The notes under the pieces are model-generated. The model did not search any database. It had not been told where the DNA came from and saw only the letters and a program-made list of their open reading frames with translations. 64,000 bases of DNA, from positions 4,032,001 to 4,096,000 of the forward strand of contig OY730476.1 in assembly GCA_963422735.1 (NCBI GenBank). The letters are read 5' to 3'. The position numbers and the translations under genes are program-made. The DNA is from Candidatus Latescibacterota bacterium. GTDB taxonomy: Bacteria > Latescibacterota > UBA2968 > UBA8231. Numbering within the stretch: the first letter of the stretch is position 1; each line of letters opens with the position of its first letter. Positions 47,976-57,356 of the stretch are shown here, piece by piece.

Positions 47976-49277
47976 ATGGATCTGACAAGACAACCACCCC
48001 GTCGCCCCTCCAACGCCCGCGTCGCCGGCATCGTCGGGCTGGCGCGCATGATCGACAAGGCACGCGGGCACAACGCGGAGACCATCGGCGAGTTCAAGTA
48101 TGGAGAGGACTCTGGCCTCGATGTCGAAGTGCTCGAATTCATCAATATAAACGCCGCCGAGTTCGCCGAGGCCGTCGGCAAACTGGACGACGAAGCTTTG
48201 GGCGAATTGGCTTTGGAAAGAGCGCAGAAGAGCCAAGCGGAGATCGATGTCTTCAACGAGGAACACCTCACCCGCGAGCCGCAAGACGAGCTACACGAGC
48301 GGCTGCTCGTCGAGCGGATCGCCCGGTACGCCCCGGAGCGCACGGACATCAAGACGGTCTTCGCTTCCATCGAATTGGACGACTGGGGCGCGTTCAGGGA
48401 CCTAGACCTGACCTCCCAACCGCCGTGCAGTCCGTACCTCCGCAGCGTCTTCGGCGTGGCGGGTGCAGCGCGCATGGCCGACAAGGCACGGGCCGCCACC
48501 TGCGGCAAGTTAGGCGAGTACCGCTTTGGTGCCGACTCCAGCCAAGACGCCGCCATTTTGGATTTTTTGGGCATTGACGAGGACGCCTTTCGCCAAGCCG
48601 CGTACGAAAATCCCAACGACGACGAGCTAAGCGAGTGGATCGCCGAGTGCTGCCAAAAGTCGGCCGCGGACAAAAGCGTCTTCAACGCTTGGCGCGCCAA
48701 TGTCGGCCGCTACGGAGAGATGCACGAGCGGCTAAAGATGCGTCGGGCCGAAGTCGCGCCCGAGCGCGAGGACATAGAGACCTTCTTTGACTTACAAGAC
48801 CTCGACGACGAGTTGAGCTTTGGGCTGACGGACTTGCGCCGGCACCCGCCGCGCAGCGCGTTTGATCTGAGCGTGGGCGGCCTCGCCTGCCTAGCGCGGA
48901 TGATCGACAAATTTCGCGCGGCACGCTGCAATGGTCTGGGCGAGTACTGGTGCGGCGAGGATTCGGGGTTCGACCGTGCGATTCTGGACTTTCTCGACCT
49001 CGACGAGGAGGCTTTCGCCGAGGCGATCGCGGCCAACGGAACCGACGAGGCGGTGGTGGCGTGGCTGGGCGAGCGGCTAGCCGACAAGAGCGAGGAAGAG
49101 AAGGCGCAGTTTAACCAACGGCTCCTGACCGCCAGCCCGCGCAACAATCGGCAGCAGAGCTTTTTGCGCGGAGCCATCGCCCGGCTCGACGCCTCGCGCA
49201 CCGACATCGAGAGCTTTGCGGCCCTGACCCTGCTCGACGACAAGGTTTCCTTCGCAAGGCTCAAGGCCGGCGTCTGA
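47976..49277 (+). CDS. Protein with three tandem DUF5069-like domains
   Basis: Three ~143-aa repeats, each DL...PP...ARMxDK.RA...GEY...DS..D...L.F....D..T.F....LDD. Confidence 0.85.
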   Translation: MDLTRQPPRRPSNARVAGIVGLARMIDKARGHNAETIGEFKYGEDSGLDVEVLEFININAAEFAEAVGKLDDEALGELALERAQKSQAEIDVFNEEHLTREPQDELHERLLVERIARYAPERTDIKTVFASIELDDWGAFRDLDLTSQPPCSPYLRSVFGVAGAARMADKARAATCGKLGEYRFGADSSQDAAILDFLGIDEDAFRQAAYENPNDDELSEWIAECCQKSAADKSVFNAWRANVGRYGEMHERLKMRRAEVAPEREDIETFFDLQDLDDELSFGLTDLRRHPPRSAFDLSVGGLACLARMIDKFRAARCNGLGEYWCGEDSGFDRAILDFLDLDEEAFAEAIAANGTDEAVVAWLGERLADKSEEEKAQFNQRLLTASPRNNRQQSFLRGAIARLDASRTDIESFAALTLLDDKVSFARLKAGV

Positions 49278-49969
49278 TGCTCCGCCCGCTCATCGGCATC
49301 ACCAGTAGCCTAAACGCCGATGGCCAGCAAATCCTCGACCACCACTATATAGAAGCGGTCGCGCAGGCGGGCGGGGCCCCGCTCGTGTTGCCCATGACCA
49401 CAGAACGCGCTGCGCTGCAAGCGGTACTCGAGCGCATCGACGGTTTGTTGATCACCGGCGGCCCGGGCATTGAGCGCGGCCTGATCGGCACCCTGCCCAG
49501 CGATCTACCGCCGGTGGCGGCTAGGCGCGACCAAGCCGACCGCTGGAGCTTTGAGGCCGCGCAAGAGCGCCAGTTGCCGATTTTGGGCATCTGCTACGGA
49601 ATGCAGTTTATCAGTGCCGAGTTGGGCGGCACGATCTGGGCGGACGTGGAGGCCCAGATCGGCGTCGAGCCGCACTCGCCGCAGCGGGTCAACGCCGAGC
49701 GCATTGAGCACGATCTCCAAGTAGAGCCGGGCGCGGTGCTGGCCGCGCTGAGCCATGCTGGCCTTTCGCGGGTCAATTCTTATCACCTGCAGGCCATTGA
49801 CCAGCCCGGCGCGGGCTTGGGCGTCAGCGGGCGCAGCGGCGATGGCGTCGTGGAAGCGATTGAGAGCGCGGATGGCCGCTTGATCGGCGTACAGTTTCAC
49901 CCGGAGCGGATGCTTGGGACGATTTGGTCCAAGCTCTTTGATCACTTAGTGAGCCGAGCGGCGGATTAG
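49277..49969 (+). CDS. Peptidase C26 / gamma-glutamyl hydrolase-type glutamine amidotransferase
   Basis: LGICYGMQ, VNSYH, GVQFHPE (Cys-His-Glu triad); TGATG coupling. Confidence 0.9.
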   Translation: MLRPLIGITSSLNADGQQILDHHYIEAVAQAGGAPLVLPMTTERAALQAVLERIDGLLITGGPGIERGLIGTLPSDLPPVAARRDQADRWSFEAAQERQLPILGICYGMQFISAELGGTIWADVEAQIGVEPHSPQRVNAERIEHDLQVEPGAVLAALSHAGLSRVNSYHLQAIDQPGAGLGVSGRSGDGVVEAIESADGRLIGVQFHPERMLGTIWSKLFDHLVSRAAD

Positions 49970-49993
49970 GGGCCTAAAGAAGGATGGGTTTAT

Positions 49994-50150
49994 CTACTGA
50001 GTCATGCTCGGACGGAGAATGTTGATAACGCCCTCAACGACTTGTCTGAAGGCGTCTGCTGTTAGACTTCCGATCTCTTTCCGCATGAGATTGTGATTGG
50101 CAGTAAACGGTTTACTAAGGCGAGCATAGCTTATCTTATGTAAGGAACCG
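49994..50150 (-). pseudogene. C-terminal fragment of a PemK/MazF-like toxin
   Basis: GSLHKISYARLSKPFTA...IGSL...FRQVV; N-terminus replaced by unrelated sequence. Confidence 0.55.
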
Positions 50151-50164
50151 GTAGCCTCACCACC

Positions 50165-50305
50165 CTGACCCCAGGCGATTTCGCCGTAGTCCGTCGAAAA
50201 GCCGAAATCCTCGGCCACCTGCAGGACGCGAAGGCACTCGCCGAATTGCTAAGTGCCGAGTGCGAAGCCAAGTCGAATCATTCGCGGAGGGTGGGCTTTC
50301 TGTGA
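50165..50305 (+). pseudogene. C-terminal fragment of an AAA ATPase (copy 1)
   Basis: LTPGDFAVVRRKAEILG...AECEAK...RVGFL*. Confidence 0.6.
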
Positions 50306-50322
50306 TAGCAGAGGAATGATTG

Positions 50323-50995
50323 ATGACTAATATGCAAAAAGACCAAACTCTTTTTCGAGCTCAAGGTTGTTTGCTTGGCCAACTTGCGGGAGATTCGCTG
50401 GGCAGCTTAGTGGAATTCCTAAGCCCCGAGGATATTCAGCGCGAGTACCCCGCCGGAGTCCGAAACCTCGCGGACGGCGGGATCTGGAATACGATTGCCG
50501 GGCAGCCGACAGACTAAGTGTAGCACAAGAGATACGATCCAACGCTTGCTCTTGATGCCTATATCGGCTGGCTGAACTCTGATCCGTTCGACCGCGGCTC
50601 CACCATCAGCAGTGGTCTCCAGGGTAAACGCGATTGGAACAGCCAAGCGAGCCAAGATGCGGATCAGCCCGCTGGGCATCTTCGGCGCGAACTACGGATT
50701 CAAACAGGTGGCGGAGTGGGCGTGCGAGGACGCGGCACTCACGCATCCCCATCCGGTCTGCCAGCAAGCCCCTCGGCCATCGCCTGCGCGATCCGCACCG
50801 GATGCGAACCGCAGGACCTGTACGAACGAATCCAGACGTGGGCCGAGAAGATCCCAGCGGAATTGACGCTCATGTCGTCCATCAACGGCGCGGCCACAGC
50901 ACCGCCCGCGGAGTATATGCATCAAGAAGGCTGAGTTCTGACAGCATTCCGCAACGCGCTATGGTAACTGCTCCACGCCGAGAATCTCGAAGAAC
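50323..50995 (+). pseudogene. ADP-ribosylglycohydrolase (DraG-like) pseudogene
   Basis: RAQGCLLGQLAGDSLG, GQPTD*, MRISPLG, AALTHPHP in shifting frames. Confidence 0.8.
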
Positions 50996-51035
50996 CCCGA
51001 GCGCGCGACTTATGAGCCGCTTGTGCCTAAGTAGT

Positions 51036-51165
51036 CTAACTCCAGGCGATTTTTCCGTAGTCCGCCGAAATCTTCGGCCATCTACAAGACCCGAAGGCTC
51101 TCGCCGAATTGCTGAGTGCCGAGTGTGGAGCCAAGCCGAACCACTCGCGCAAGATGGGCTTTTGA
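51036..51165 (+). pseudogene. C-terminal fragment of an AAA ATPase (copy 2), diverged direct repeat of 50165-50305
   Basis: Clear nucleotide similarity to copy 1 with an 8-nt deletion; ends MGF*. Confidence 0.7.
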
Positions 51166-51194
51166 TCATAGGTTCTATTACCACTGAACGAAGG

Positions 51195-51425
51195 GAGAAC
51201 CCGCCGCATCCTAGCAAAGTTGTGCGCGTGTCCTGTCTGGAGCCGCTCGGCCTCAACGTCACCGAAGGCGCGAAGATTCTCGGCGTCAGTCGCCAAGTCC
51301 TCTCGAACGTAGTGAATTGTCGCGCTCGCATTTCGGCCGATATGGCGATCCGTCTCGCGAAAGCCTTCGGCTCCACGATGGAGACTTGGATACGGCTGCA
51401 AGCGGCCTACGACGTCGCGCAGAGC
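51195..51425 (+). pseudogene. higA: HigA-family antitoxin (HTH) lacking start and toxin
   Basis: NPPHP...LEPLGLNVTEGAKILGVSRQVLS...ISADMAIRLAKAFG..ETWIRLQAAYD. Confidence 0.75.
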
Positions 51426-51506
51426 ACTACGAGCCGCGACCCGTTTGAGGCAACAGACCGGTTCCCGAAGGATCGTACGGGCATTTTTGCTGTAAATTTG
51501 AAGTCC

Positions 51507-52663
51507 ATGTACGAACGAAATTTGGACCTACCCGCTTCCGGCACCGAGACGTTTTTCCTGTAGGGGCCGCGACAGGCGGGCAAAAGCACCCTGCTAAAAC
51601 ACCAGTACGCCGACGGCCTGTGGCTTGATCTTCTAAAGGCAGACGAGTTCAGGCGCTACGTCGCCAACCCGGAGTCTTTGCGTTAAGAAATCGAGGCGAC
51701 AGGGTTCGATCCCAGTCGCCAGATCGTCATTGATGAGATTCAGAAGGTATCTGCGCTGCTCGACGAGGTGCATTGGCTGATCGAAAACCGAGGATTGAGT
51801 TTCGCCCTTTGTGGCTCCAGTGCCCGCAAGGTGCGGAGCGGGGGGCCAACCTGCTCGGCGGACGGGCCGTGCGCTACCAACTACACGGGCTGACAGCGCG
51901 GGAACTCGACGCAGACTTTGATCTCACCCGCCTCCTCAACCACGGCTACCTGCCCCGAATGTACGCCAGCGCCCGTCCCGCACGGCTGCTCGACGCCTAT
52001 GTCGCCGACTATCTCAAGGAGGAAGTCGCGGCCGAAGGGCTAGTCCGCAATTTGCCCGCGTTTTCCGGATTTTTGGATGTGGCCGCTCTAGGCGATACTG
52101 AAATGGTCAACTTCTCTAATATCTATCGCGCGGGAGTGCGGCGTCACCAGTCACCGGCGAGGGGCTGCTACGAGATTCTCGAAGACGCGCTGCTTGGACG
52201 CTGGTTGCCCGCCTTCCGCAGGCGTCCCAAGCGGCGAGTGGTTGCCGCGCCTAAGTTCTGCTTTGCAGATGTCGGAGTAGCCAACCGACTCGCCCGCCGG
52301 GGCCAATTGCTGCCAGGCTCGGAGCTATACGGCAAGGCATTTGAGAACTGGGTGTTCCACGAACTGGCCGCGTTTGCCGACTATCAAGCGTTCGATGGCG
52401 AACTGACCTATTGGCGGCTAGCCGGCGGGACCGAGGTTGATTTCATTTTGGGCGACATGCGGCTAGCGGTCGAGGCCAAAGCGAGCAAGCACATCGTCAG
52501 CAACCACTTGAAAGGGCTGCGTAGCCTAGTGAAAGATCACCCGGGCGTCGGTCGGCGAGTGGTCGCCTGCTTTGAATCCCGCGCCCGGCGCACTGACGAC
52601 GGTATCGACATCCTGCCCGCGGCCACCTTCATCCAAATGCTCTGTGACGGCGACCTCGCCTAA
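51507..52663 (+). pseudogene. AAA_14 ATPase + DUF4143 protein with in-frame stops and frameshifts
   Basis: FL*GPRQAGKST (Walker A), IDEIQK (Walker B), GSSARK, KFCFADVG, EVDFI...EAK. Confidence 0.85.
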
Positions 52664-52674
52664 GCTAGCCGCCG

Positions 52675-53343
52675 TCACACATCCGCTTCTTGCTGGCTCT
52701 CCACTTGCACGAGCCGCGCTTCTTCGAGCACATAACCGCTGAGTTGGCCACCATAAACGCAGCCCGAGTCGAGGCCAATGAGATAGGGACGACCGTCGCG
52801 TTTTTTGACCACCAAGCCGCCGGGCGCGTCGTGGCCAAAGACAATCAAGGGATACTCCGGCTCGTAGAAATCGTGCCAGCGCGGGCTGGCGAGATCGTCG
52901 GTGGGCGGCCAAGTGCGGATCTTCAGGAATTCTTTGCGGCGGGTGCCTTGCAAGCCCTTTTTCGGGTGGATGCCGGCGTGGACTAGGAGGAAGGCGTCTT
53001 CCGCGATATAGAGCGGACACTGCCGGAGCCAAGCGAGGATTTCGTCGTGGACGGGCTGAAGCTGGGCGAGGGTATAGTCTTGGTCGGGGTACTTCACTTT
53101 GGGCTTGCGGCCCTTCGCCAAAGCGGTTAGCTGCTTCAAGAGGCGGGCGTCGTGGTTGCCCAAGACCATTGCGGCCCCGTTATCCTGAATTAACTGCCAC
53201 GCAGCGAGTGGGTCGGGGCCGCGAGAAAAAGCATCGCCGGCCAGCAATAAGCGATCCCGAGCGAGGTCGTAGCTTACTTTTGCAAGGAGGGCCGCAAACT
53301 CGGCAGCGCAGCCGTGGACGTCGCCGACGAAAATGGTACGCAT
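52675..53343 (-). CDS. Metallophosphoesterase (ApaH/PrpE-like)
   Basis: GDVHG, GDAFSRGP, GNHD, VHAG, FGH, LDSGCVYG. Confidence 0.9.
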   Translation of the reverse strand: MRTIFVGDVHGCAAEFAALLAKVSYDLARDRLLLAGDAFSRGPDPLAAWQLIQDNGAAMVLGNHDARLLKQLTALAKGRKPKVKYPDQDYTLAQLQPVHDEILAWLRQCPLYIAEDAFLLVHAGIHPKKGLQGTRRKEFLKIRTWPPTDDLASPRWHDFYEPEYPLIVFGHDAPGGLVVKKRDGRPYLIGLDSGCVYGGQLSGYVLEEARLVQVESQQEADV

Positions 53344-53412
53344 TAGATTTTCCTATATTTGCGTTGCCGAGGGGCAAACGCTATCATACTCACCACTTCA
53401 AGATAGACCCTG

Positions 53413-54753
53413 ATGGAAGCTGCGACCACATTCAACCCTGCTCCGGCGTCTTGCCACGTGATGGCCAAGCCCTCGGGATCGGTTTGCAACATCGACTGCA
53501 AGTACTGCTTCTATTTGGAGAAGGAAAAACTCTACCCGGACGCGCGCAAAAATTGGCGCATGTCCGACGAGACGCTCGAACGCTACGTCAAACAGTACAT
53601 CGAGGCCCAAGACGTGCCGCAGGTGGACTTCGCCTGGCAGGGCGGTGAGCCGACGCTGATGGGCGTGGACTTTTTTCGCCGCGCGGTCCAGCTACAGGAG
53701 CAGTACGCCAATGGCAAGATCGTCACCAACGCTTTCCAGACCAACGGCATCCTCCTCAACGACGAGTGGGGCGAGTTCCTCGCCGAAAACAAATTCCTAA
53801 TCGGGCTGTCGATCGATGGGCCGCGCGAATACCACGACTACTACCGGGTTGACAAGGGCCAGAAGCCGACCTACGACCGAGTGTACGCCGGTCTGCAAAT
53901 GCTCAAAAAGCACGCGGTGGAATTCAACACCCTGACCGTGCTGCAAAACCACAACGCCGATCATCCGCTCGAAATCTACCGCTTCCTGCGCACAGAAGGC
54001 TCGAGGTTTATGCAGTTTATTCCCATCGTCGAGCGCATCGCGCACGAGTCGGATGAGGACGGGCTGGAGCTAGTCGATCCCGAATACGAGGGCCGGGCGC
54101 CGGTTTCCAAGTGGTCGGTGGGGCCGGGGCAGTACGGCAAGTTCCTCTGCGCGATCTTTGACGAATGGGTGCGCGACGACGTCGGCCAAGTCTTTGTGCA
54201 GCTCTTCGACGTGACCCTCGGCTCGTGGCTGGGCCAGGATGCGAGCCTGTGCATCTTTGCCGAGACCTGCGGCAAAGCGCTGATCATTGAGCACAACGGC
54301 GACCTCTACTCCTGCGATCACTTCGTCTATTCGGATTATCGCTTGGGCAATGTCCACGAGGAGAGCATCCGCGACATGGTCGCCAGCCCGCAGCAGACTA
54401 GGTTCGGGCAGGACAAAAAGGACGCGTTGCCCCAGTACTGCATCGAATGCGATTATCGCTTCGCCTGCAACGGCGGCTGTCCCAAGCACCGCTTTACCAA
54501 GACCCCGCGCGGCGAGGATGGTCTCAACTATCTGTGCAAAGGGTACAAGATGTACTTCGGGCATGTCGATCCCTATATGCGCTTTATGGCCAACGAATTG
54601 CGGCACGGCCGACCGGCCACCGGCGTGATGGAATGGGCCAGAAAAAGGGACGCGGTCAAGGCCGCCCGGCAGCAAAAGCCCCCCGGCCGCAATGACTCGT
54701 GTTCCTGCGGCAGCGGCAAGAAATACAAGCGCTGCTGTGGCCGGGCTGCATAA
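53413..54753 (+). CDS. Anaerobic sulfatase maturase (radical SAM/SPASM) with C-terminal SEC-C motif
   Basis: CNIDCKYC, WQGGEP, YSCDH, C..C.....CNGGCPK, GRNDSCSCGSGKKYKRCC. Confidence 0.93.
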   Translation: MEAATTFNPAPASCHVMAKPSGSVCNIDCKYCFYLEKEKLYPDARKNWRMSDETLERYVKQYIEAQDVPQVDFAWQGGEPTLMGVDFFRRAVQLQEQYANGKIVTNAFQTNGILLNDEWGEFLAENKFLIGLSIDGPREYHDYYRVDKGQKPTYDRVYAGLQMLKKHAVEFNTLTVLQNHNADHPLEIYRFLRTEGSRFMQFIPIVERIAHESDEDGLELVDPEYEGRAPVSKWSVGPGQYGKFLCAIFDEWVRDDVGQVFVQLFDVTLGSWLGQDASLCIFAETCGKALIIEHNGDLYSCDHFVYSDYRLGNVHEESIRDMVASPQQTRFGQDKKDALPQYCIECDYRFACNGGCPKHRFTKTPRGEDGLNYLCKGYKMYFGHVDPYMRFMANELRHGRPATGVMEWARKRDAVKAARQQKPPGRNDSCSCGSGKKYKRCCGRAA

Positions 54754-54766
54754 CGGAAAGGAAGTA

Positions 54767-55660
54767 ATGATCGATATCGAGCTACATCCCGCAGACTGCA
54801 AGGCCGTCGTCGCCATTGACGGCCAGCTTTTTACCGAGTACCGCTACGGCCACTACGTGTGCCGCCCGTACTTCTATCCAGTGCTAACGCCCAGCGGTGC
54901 CGGCCTCACCCGGGCCTATCCGATGGAAGATGTCGCCGATGAAACGCAGGACCACTACCACCATCGCGGCATGTACACGGCCCACGGCCTCGTCAACGGC
55001 CACAACCTCTGGGACGAGGGCACCGGTCACGGGGCCATGCTCCAGCGAGGCGAGCCGGTAGTAGGTGCAATTGACGGCGCAGCGCAGATCGATGGGATCG
55101 TCGATTGGTTCGGGCCGGAGGGCGAGAAGCTGTTGGAGGAGCGGCGCACCATCGCCATCCGCGCCGAAGGTGCATTGCGGATCATGGATCAACGCAGCGA
55201 ATTCCGCGCCCGCTACGGCGACGCAACCTTCGGCGACACCAAAGAAGGCGGGCTGTTTGCGATTCGGGTGCCGACCTCCATGGATGCCAAAGACGCAGGG
55301 CGGATTGAAAATTCTGCGGGCCAAGTCTTTGAAAACGGCCAAGGTACAGAGGTTACTTGGGGCCAGCAGGCGGCTTGGGTGGATTATTCCGGGCCGGTAG
55401 CCGATGGCGAGGAGTGGGGGCACACCGTCGTCGATCACCGCGACAACCCCCGCCATCCGACCTACTGGCACGTGCGCGGCTACGGGCTGTTTACCGCCAA
55501 CGCCTTTGGGGGGCACGATTTCAAGGGCGACGCGAACATCGACGAGAGCCTGACTATTCCCGGCGGCGACAAGGCCGTCTTCCGCTATCGGCTGATCATC
55601 CATCCTGGCCGCGGCGTTGATGGCCACCCAGATGTGCGCCAGCTAATTGAGCAGTTCTAA
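54767..55660 (+). CDS. PmoA-like/DUF6807 family protein
   Basis: RPYFYPV, DHYHHRG, DTKEGG, WHVRGYGLF. Confidence 0.75.
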   Translation: MIDIELHPADCKAVVAIDGQLFTEYRYGHYVCRPYFYPVLTPSGAGLTRAYPMEDVADETQDHYHHRGMYTAHGLVNGHNLWDEGTGHGAMLQRGEPVVGAIDGAAQIDGIVDWFGPEGEKLLEERRTIAIRAEGALRIMDQRSEFRARYGDATFGDTKEGGLFAIRVPTSMDAKDAGRIENSAGQVFENGQGTEVTWGQQAAWVDYSGPVADGEEWGHTVVDHRDNPRHPTYWHVRGYGLFTANAFGGHDFKGDANIDESLTIPGGDKAVFRYRLIIHPGRGVDGHPDVRQLIEQF

Positions 55661-55688
55661 GCGGGATAGGATGGTATCTATAGTAGGG

Positions 55689-55715
55689 AAAACCGGTCTG
55701 CGGGCCGGTTTTTTT
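55689..55715 (+). terminator. Rho-independent terminator (possibly bidirectional)
   Basis: AAAACCGGTC-TGCG-GGCCGGTTTT followed by more Ts. Confidence 0.75.
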
Positions 55716-55749
55716 GTGCCTTGTCACAGTTTCAAACAGACGGAGAGCA

Positions 55750-56814
55750 ATGACTAAGAGCAAGCAAGACAGGCTGCGCGTCGCCTTAATCGGCACCGGT
55801 GGAATCGCTGGGGCGCACATGCGCTATTACCAAGACATGGACGACGTGGAGATGGTGGCCGCGGCGGATGTGGTACTCGAAAGAGCGCAAAAATACTGTG
55901 AGGAATACGAAATCCCCGCAGCTTACGCCGACTACGAGGAAATGCTCCGGCAGGTCGAACCCGATGCAGTGAGCGTCTGTACGCCCAACGGCCTGCACGT
56001 TGCCTGCTCCATCGCCGCGCTCGACGCGGGTGCCCACGTCCTCGTCGAGAAACCTTTGGCCATGAATGTACGCGAGGGCCAAAAGATGCTTGACGCAGCT
56101 AAGAAAAACGGCAAAAAGCTGATCATTGGATTCCAGAACCGCTATGAGCCGAAAACGCAGTTTATCAAGAAGCTCGTTGACGACGGCGAACTGGGCACAG
56201 TCCTGTACGCCCGGGTGCAGGCCCTGCGGCGGCGGGGAATTCCCAACTGGGGAGTCTTCGGTCGCAAGGAACTACAAGGCGGCGGGCCGCTGATCGATAT
56301 CGGCGTCCACATGCTGGAGACCACGCACTATGCGATGGGTGCACCCAGACCGGTGGCCGCCAGTGGCAGCACCTATACCTACCTCGGCGATAAGCCGTCA
56401 AACGCGATCTCGCAGTGGCCCAACTGGGATTACAAGACCTATACGGTAGAGGACTTAGCGGTGGGGCATATCCGCTTTGCAAACGGCGCAATGCTCAGTA
56501 TTGAGACCAGCTTCGCCGCCCATATCGAGAAGAATGAGTGGAACTTCACGCTGATGGGCGATAAGGGCGGTGCCAACTGGGACCCGCCGGGGCTTTTCCA
56601 CGACGCCAACGATTACATGGTCAACACCCGGCCCGAGTGGATGCCCAGCGGCCCAGCAGCCGACGCCTTCGGCCAGAAGATGCGCAACTTTGTCGATCAC
56701 GTACTCTACGGCGCGGAAACCCTGTCGCCCGGAGAGCACGGGCTGATGGTGCAGAAGATGATCGACGGGCTGTATGAATCGGCGGAGCAGGGGCGAGAAG
56801 TGCGGATTGAGTAG
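55750..56814 (+). CDS. Gfo/Idh/MocA family oxidoreductase
   Basis: IGTGGIA, VEKP, GGGPLIDIGVH. Confidence 0.92.
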   Translation: MTKSKQDRLRVALIGTGGIAGAHMRYYQDMDDVEMVAAADVVLERAQKYCEEYEIPAAYADYEEMLRQVEPDAVSVCTPNGLHVACSIAALDAGAHVLVEKPLAMNVREGQKMLDAAKKNGKKLIIGFQNRYEPKTQFIKKLVDDGELGTVLYARVQALRRRGIPNWGVFGRKELQGGGPLIDIGVHMLETTHYAMGAPRPVAASGSTYTYLGDKPSNAISQWPNWDYKTYTVEDLAVGHIRFANGAMLSIETSFAAHIEKNEWNFTLMGDKGGANWDPPGLFHDANDYMVNTRPEWMPSGPAADAFGQKMRNFVDHVLYGAETLSPGEHGLMVQKMIDGLYESAEQGREVRIE

Positions 56815-56865
56815 GCGTTAAGTTTTCTAAAAACGGACTTTCCTAGAATTAAGGACTGTTTAATC

Positions 56866-56934
56866 AGTGGTTAGTGGTTAGTGGTTAGTGGTTAGTGGTT
56901 AGTGGTTAGTGGTTAGTGGTTAGTGGTTAGTGGT
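56866..56934. repeat. Tandem heptamer repeat (AGTGGTT)x9 + AGTGGT, the reverse complement of the 19801 tract
   Basis: Read directly. Confidence 0.98.
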
Positions 56935-57126
56935 CCGTCCCATCCGCCCCCTTGGCGGCGGGTACCCGGCGACTGGCCCGGAACATCGACGCGGGGGACC
57001 GCGCTGGCCCGGACGAGGGCTACGGCCACGCCGAGTGAAACCGCCTAAATGAAACCTGAATTCCCAACCGCACACTAGGAAATTCCGTCTAAAAATGGCG
57101 TAAATTTTGCAATGACACCTAGAGAC

Positions 57127-57210
57127 CTTACTACACGACACCCGCCTCCGGCCGCCGGTGGTCGTTTTGGTTTCTTCGGCGGACCTACGCCCCCGGTGTC
57201 GCGTAATAAG
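57127..57210. mobile_element. MITE-like element with 16-bp imperfect terminal inverted repeats
   Basis: CTTACTACACGACACC (57127-57142) vs GGTGTCGCGTAATAAG (57195-57210). Confidence 0.5.
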
Positions 57211-57214
57211 CTTA

Positions 57215-57314
57215 GAGACTCTAACAAAACCCGCTGGGCGATCCTCGGAACGCGGGCGTCCCACCCGCTCATGTCATTCCTGCGAAAGCAGGAATCCAGT
57301 TTTGTTAGGGCCTC
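57215..57314. mobile_element. 100-bp MITE with 16-bp TIRs and TTA target duplication, carrying a REP-like palindrome
   Basis: tta-GAGACTCTAACAAAAC ... GTTTTGTTAGGGCCTC-tta; internal GTCATTCCTGCGAAAGCAGGAATCCAG. Confidence 0.7.
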
Positions 57315-57356
57315 TTAAAATTATGCGTCAAACCCGACAAAACACTCGGCGCACAT

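Noticed and set aside
50634-51563. 309-aa ORF as a novel fusion protein
   Set aside because: Chance read-through across pseudogene fragments (ADP-ribosylglycohydrolase off-frame, AAA tail, HigA, start of AAA_14)
51507-51700. In-frame TAG/TAA as recoding or an alternative genetic code
   Set aside because: Both stop types plus frameshifts occur, TAG is one change from the expected TGG, and intact genes use TAG as a normal stop
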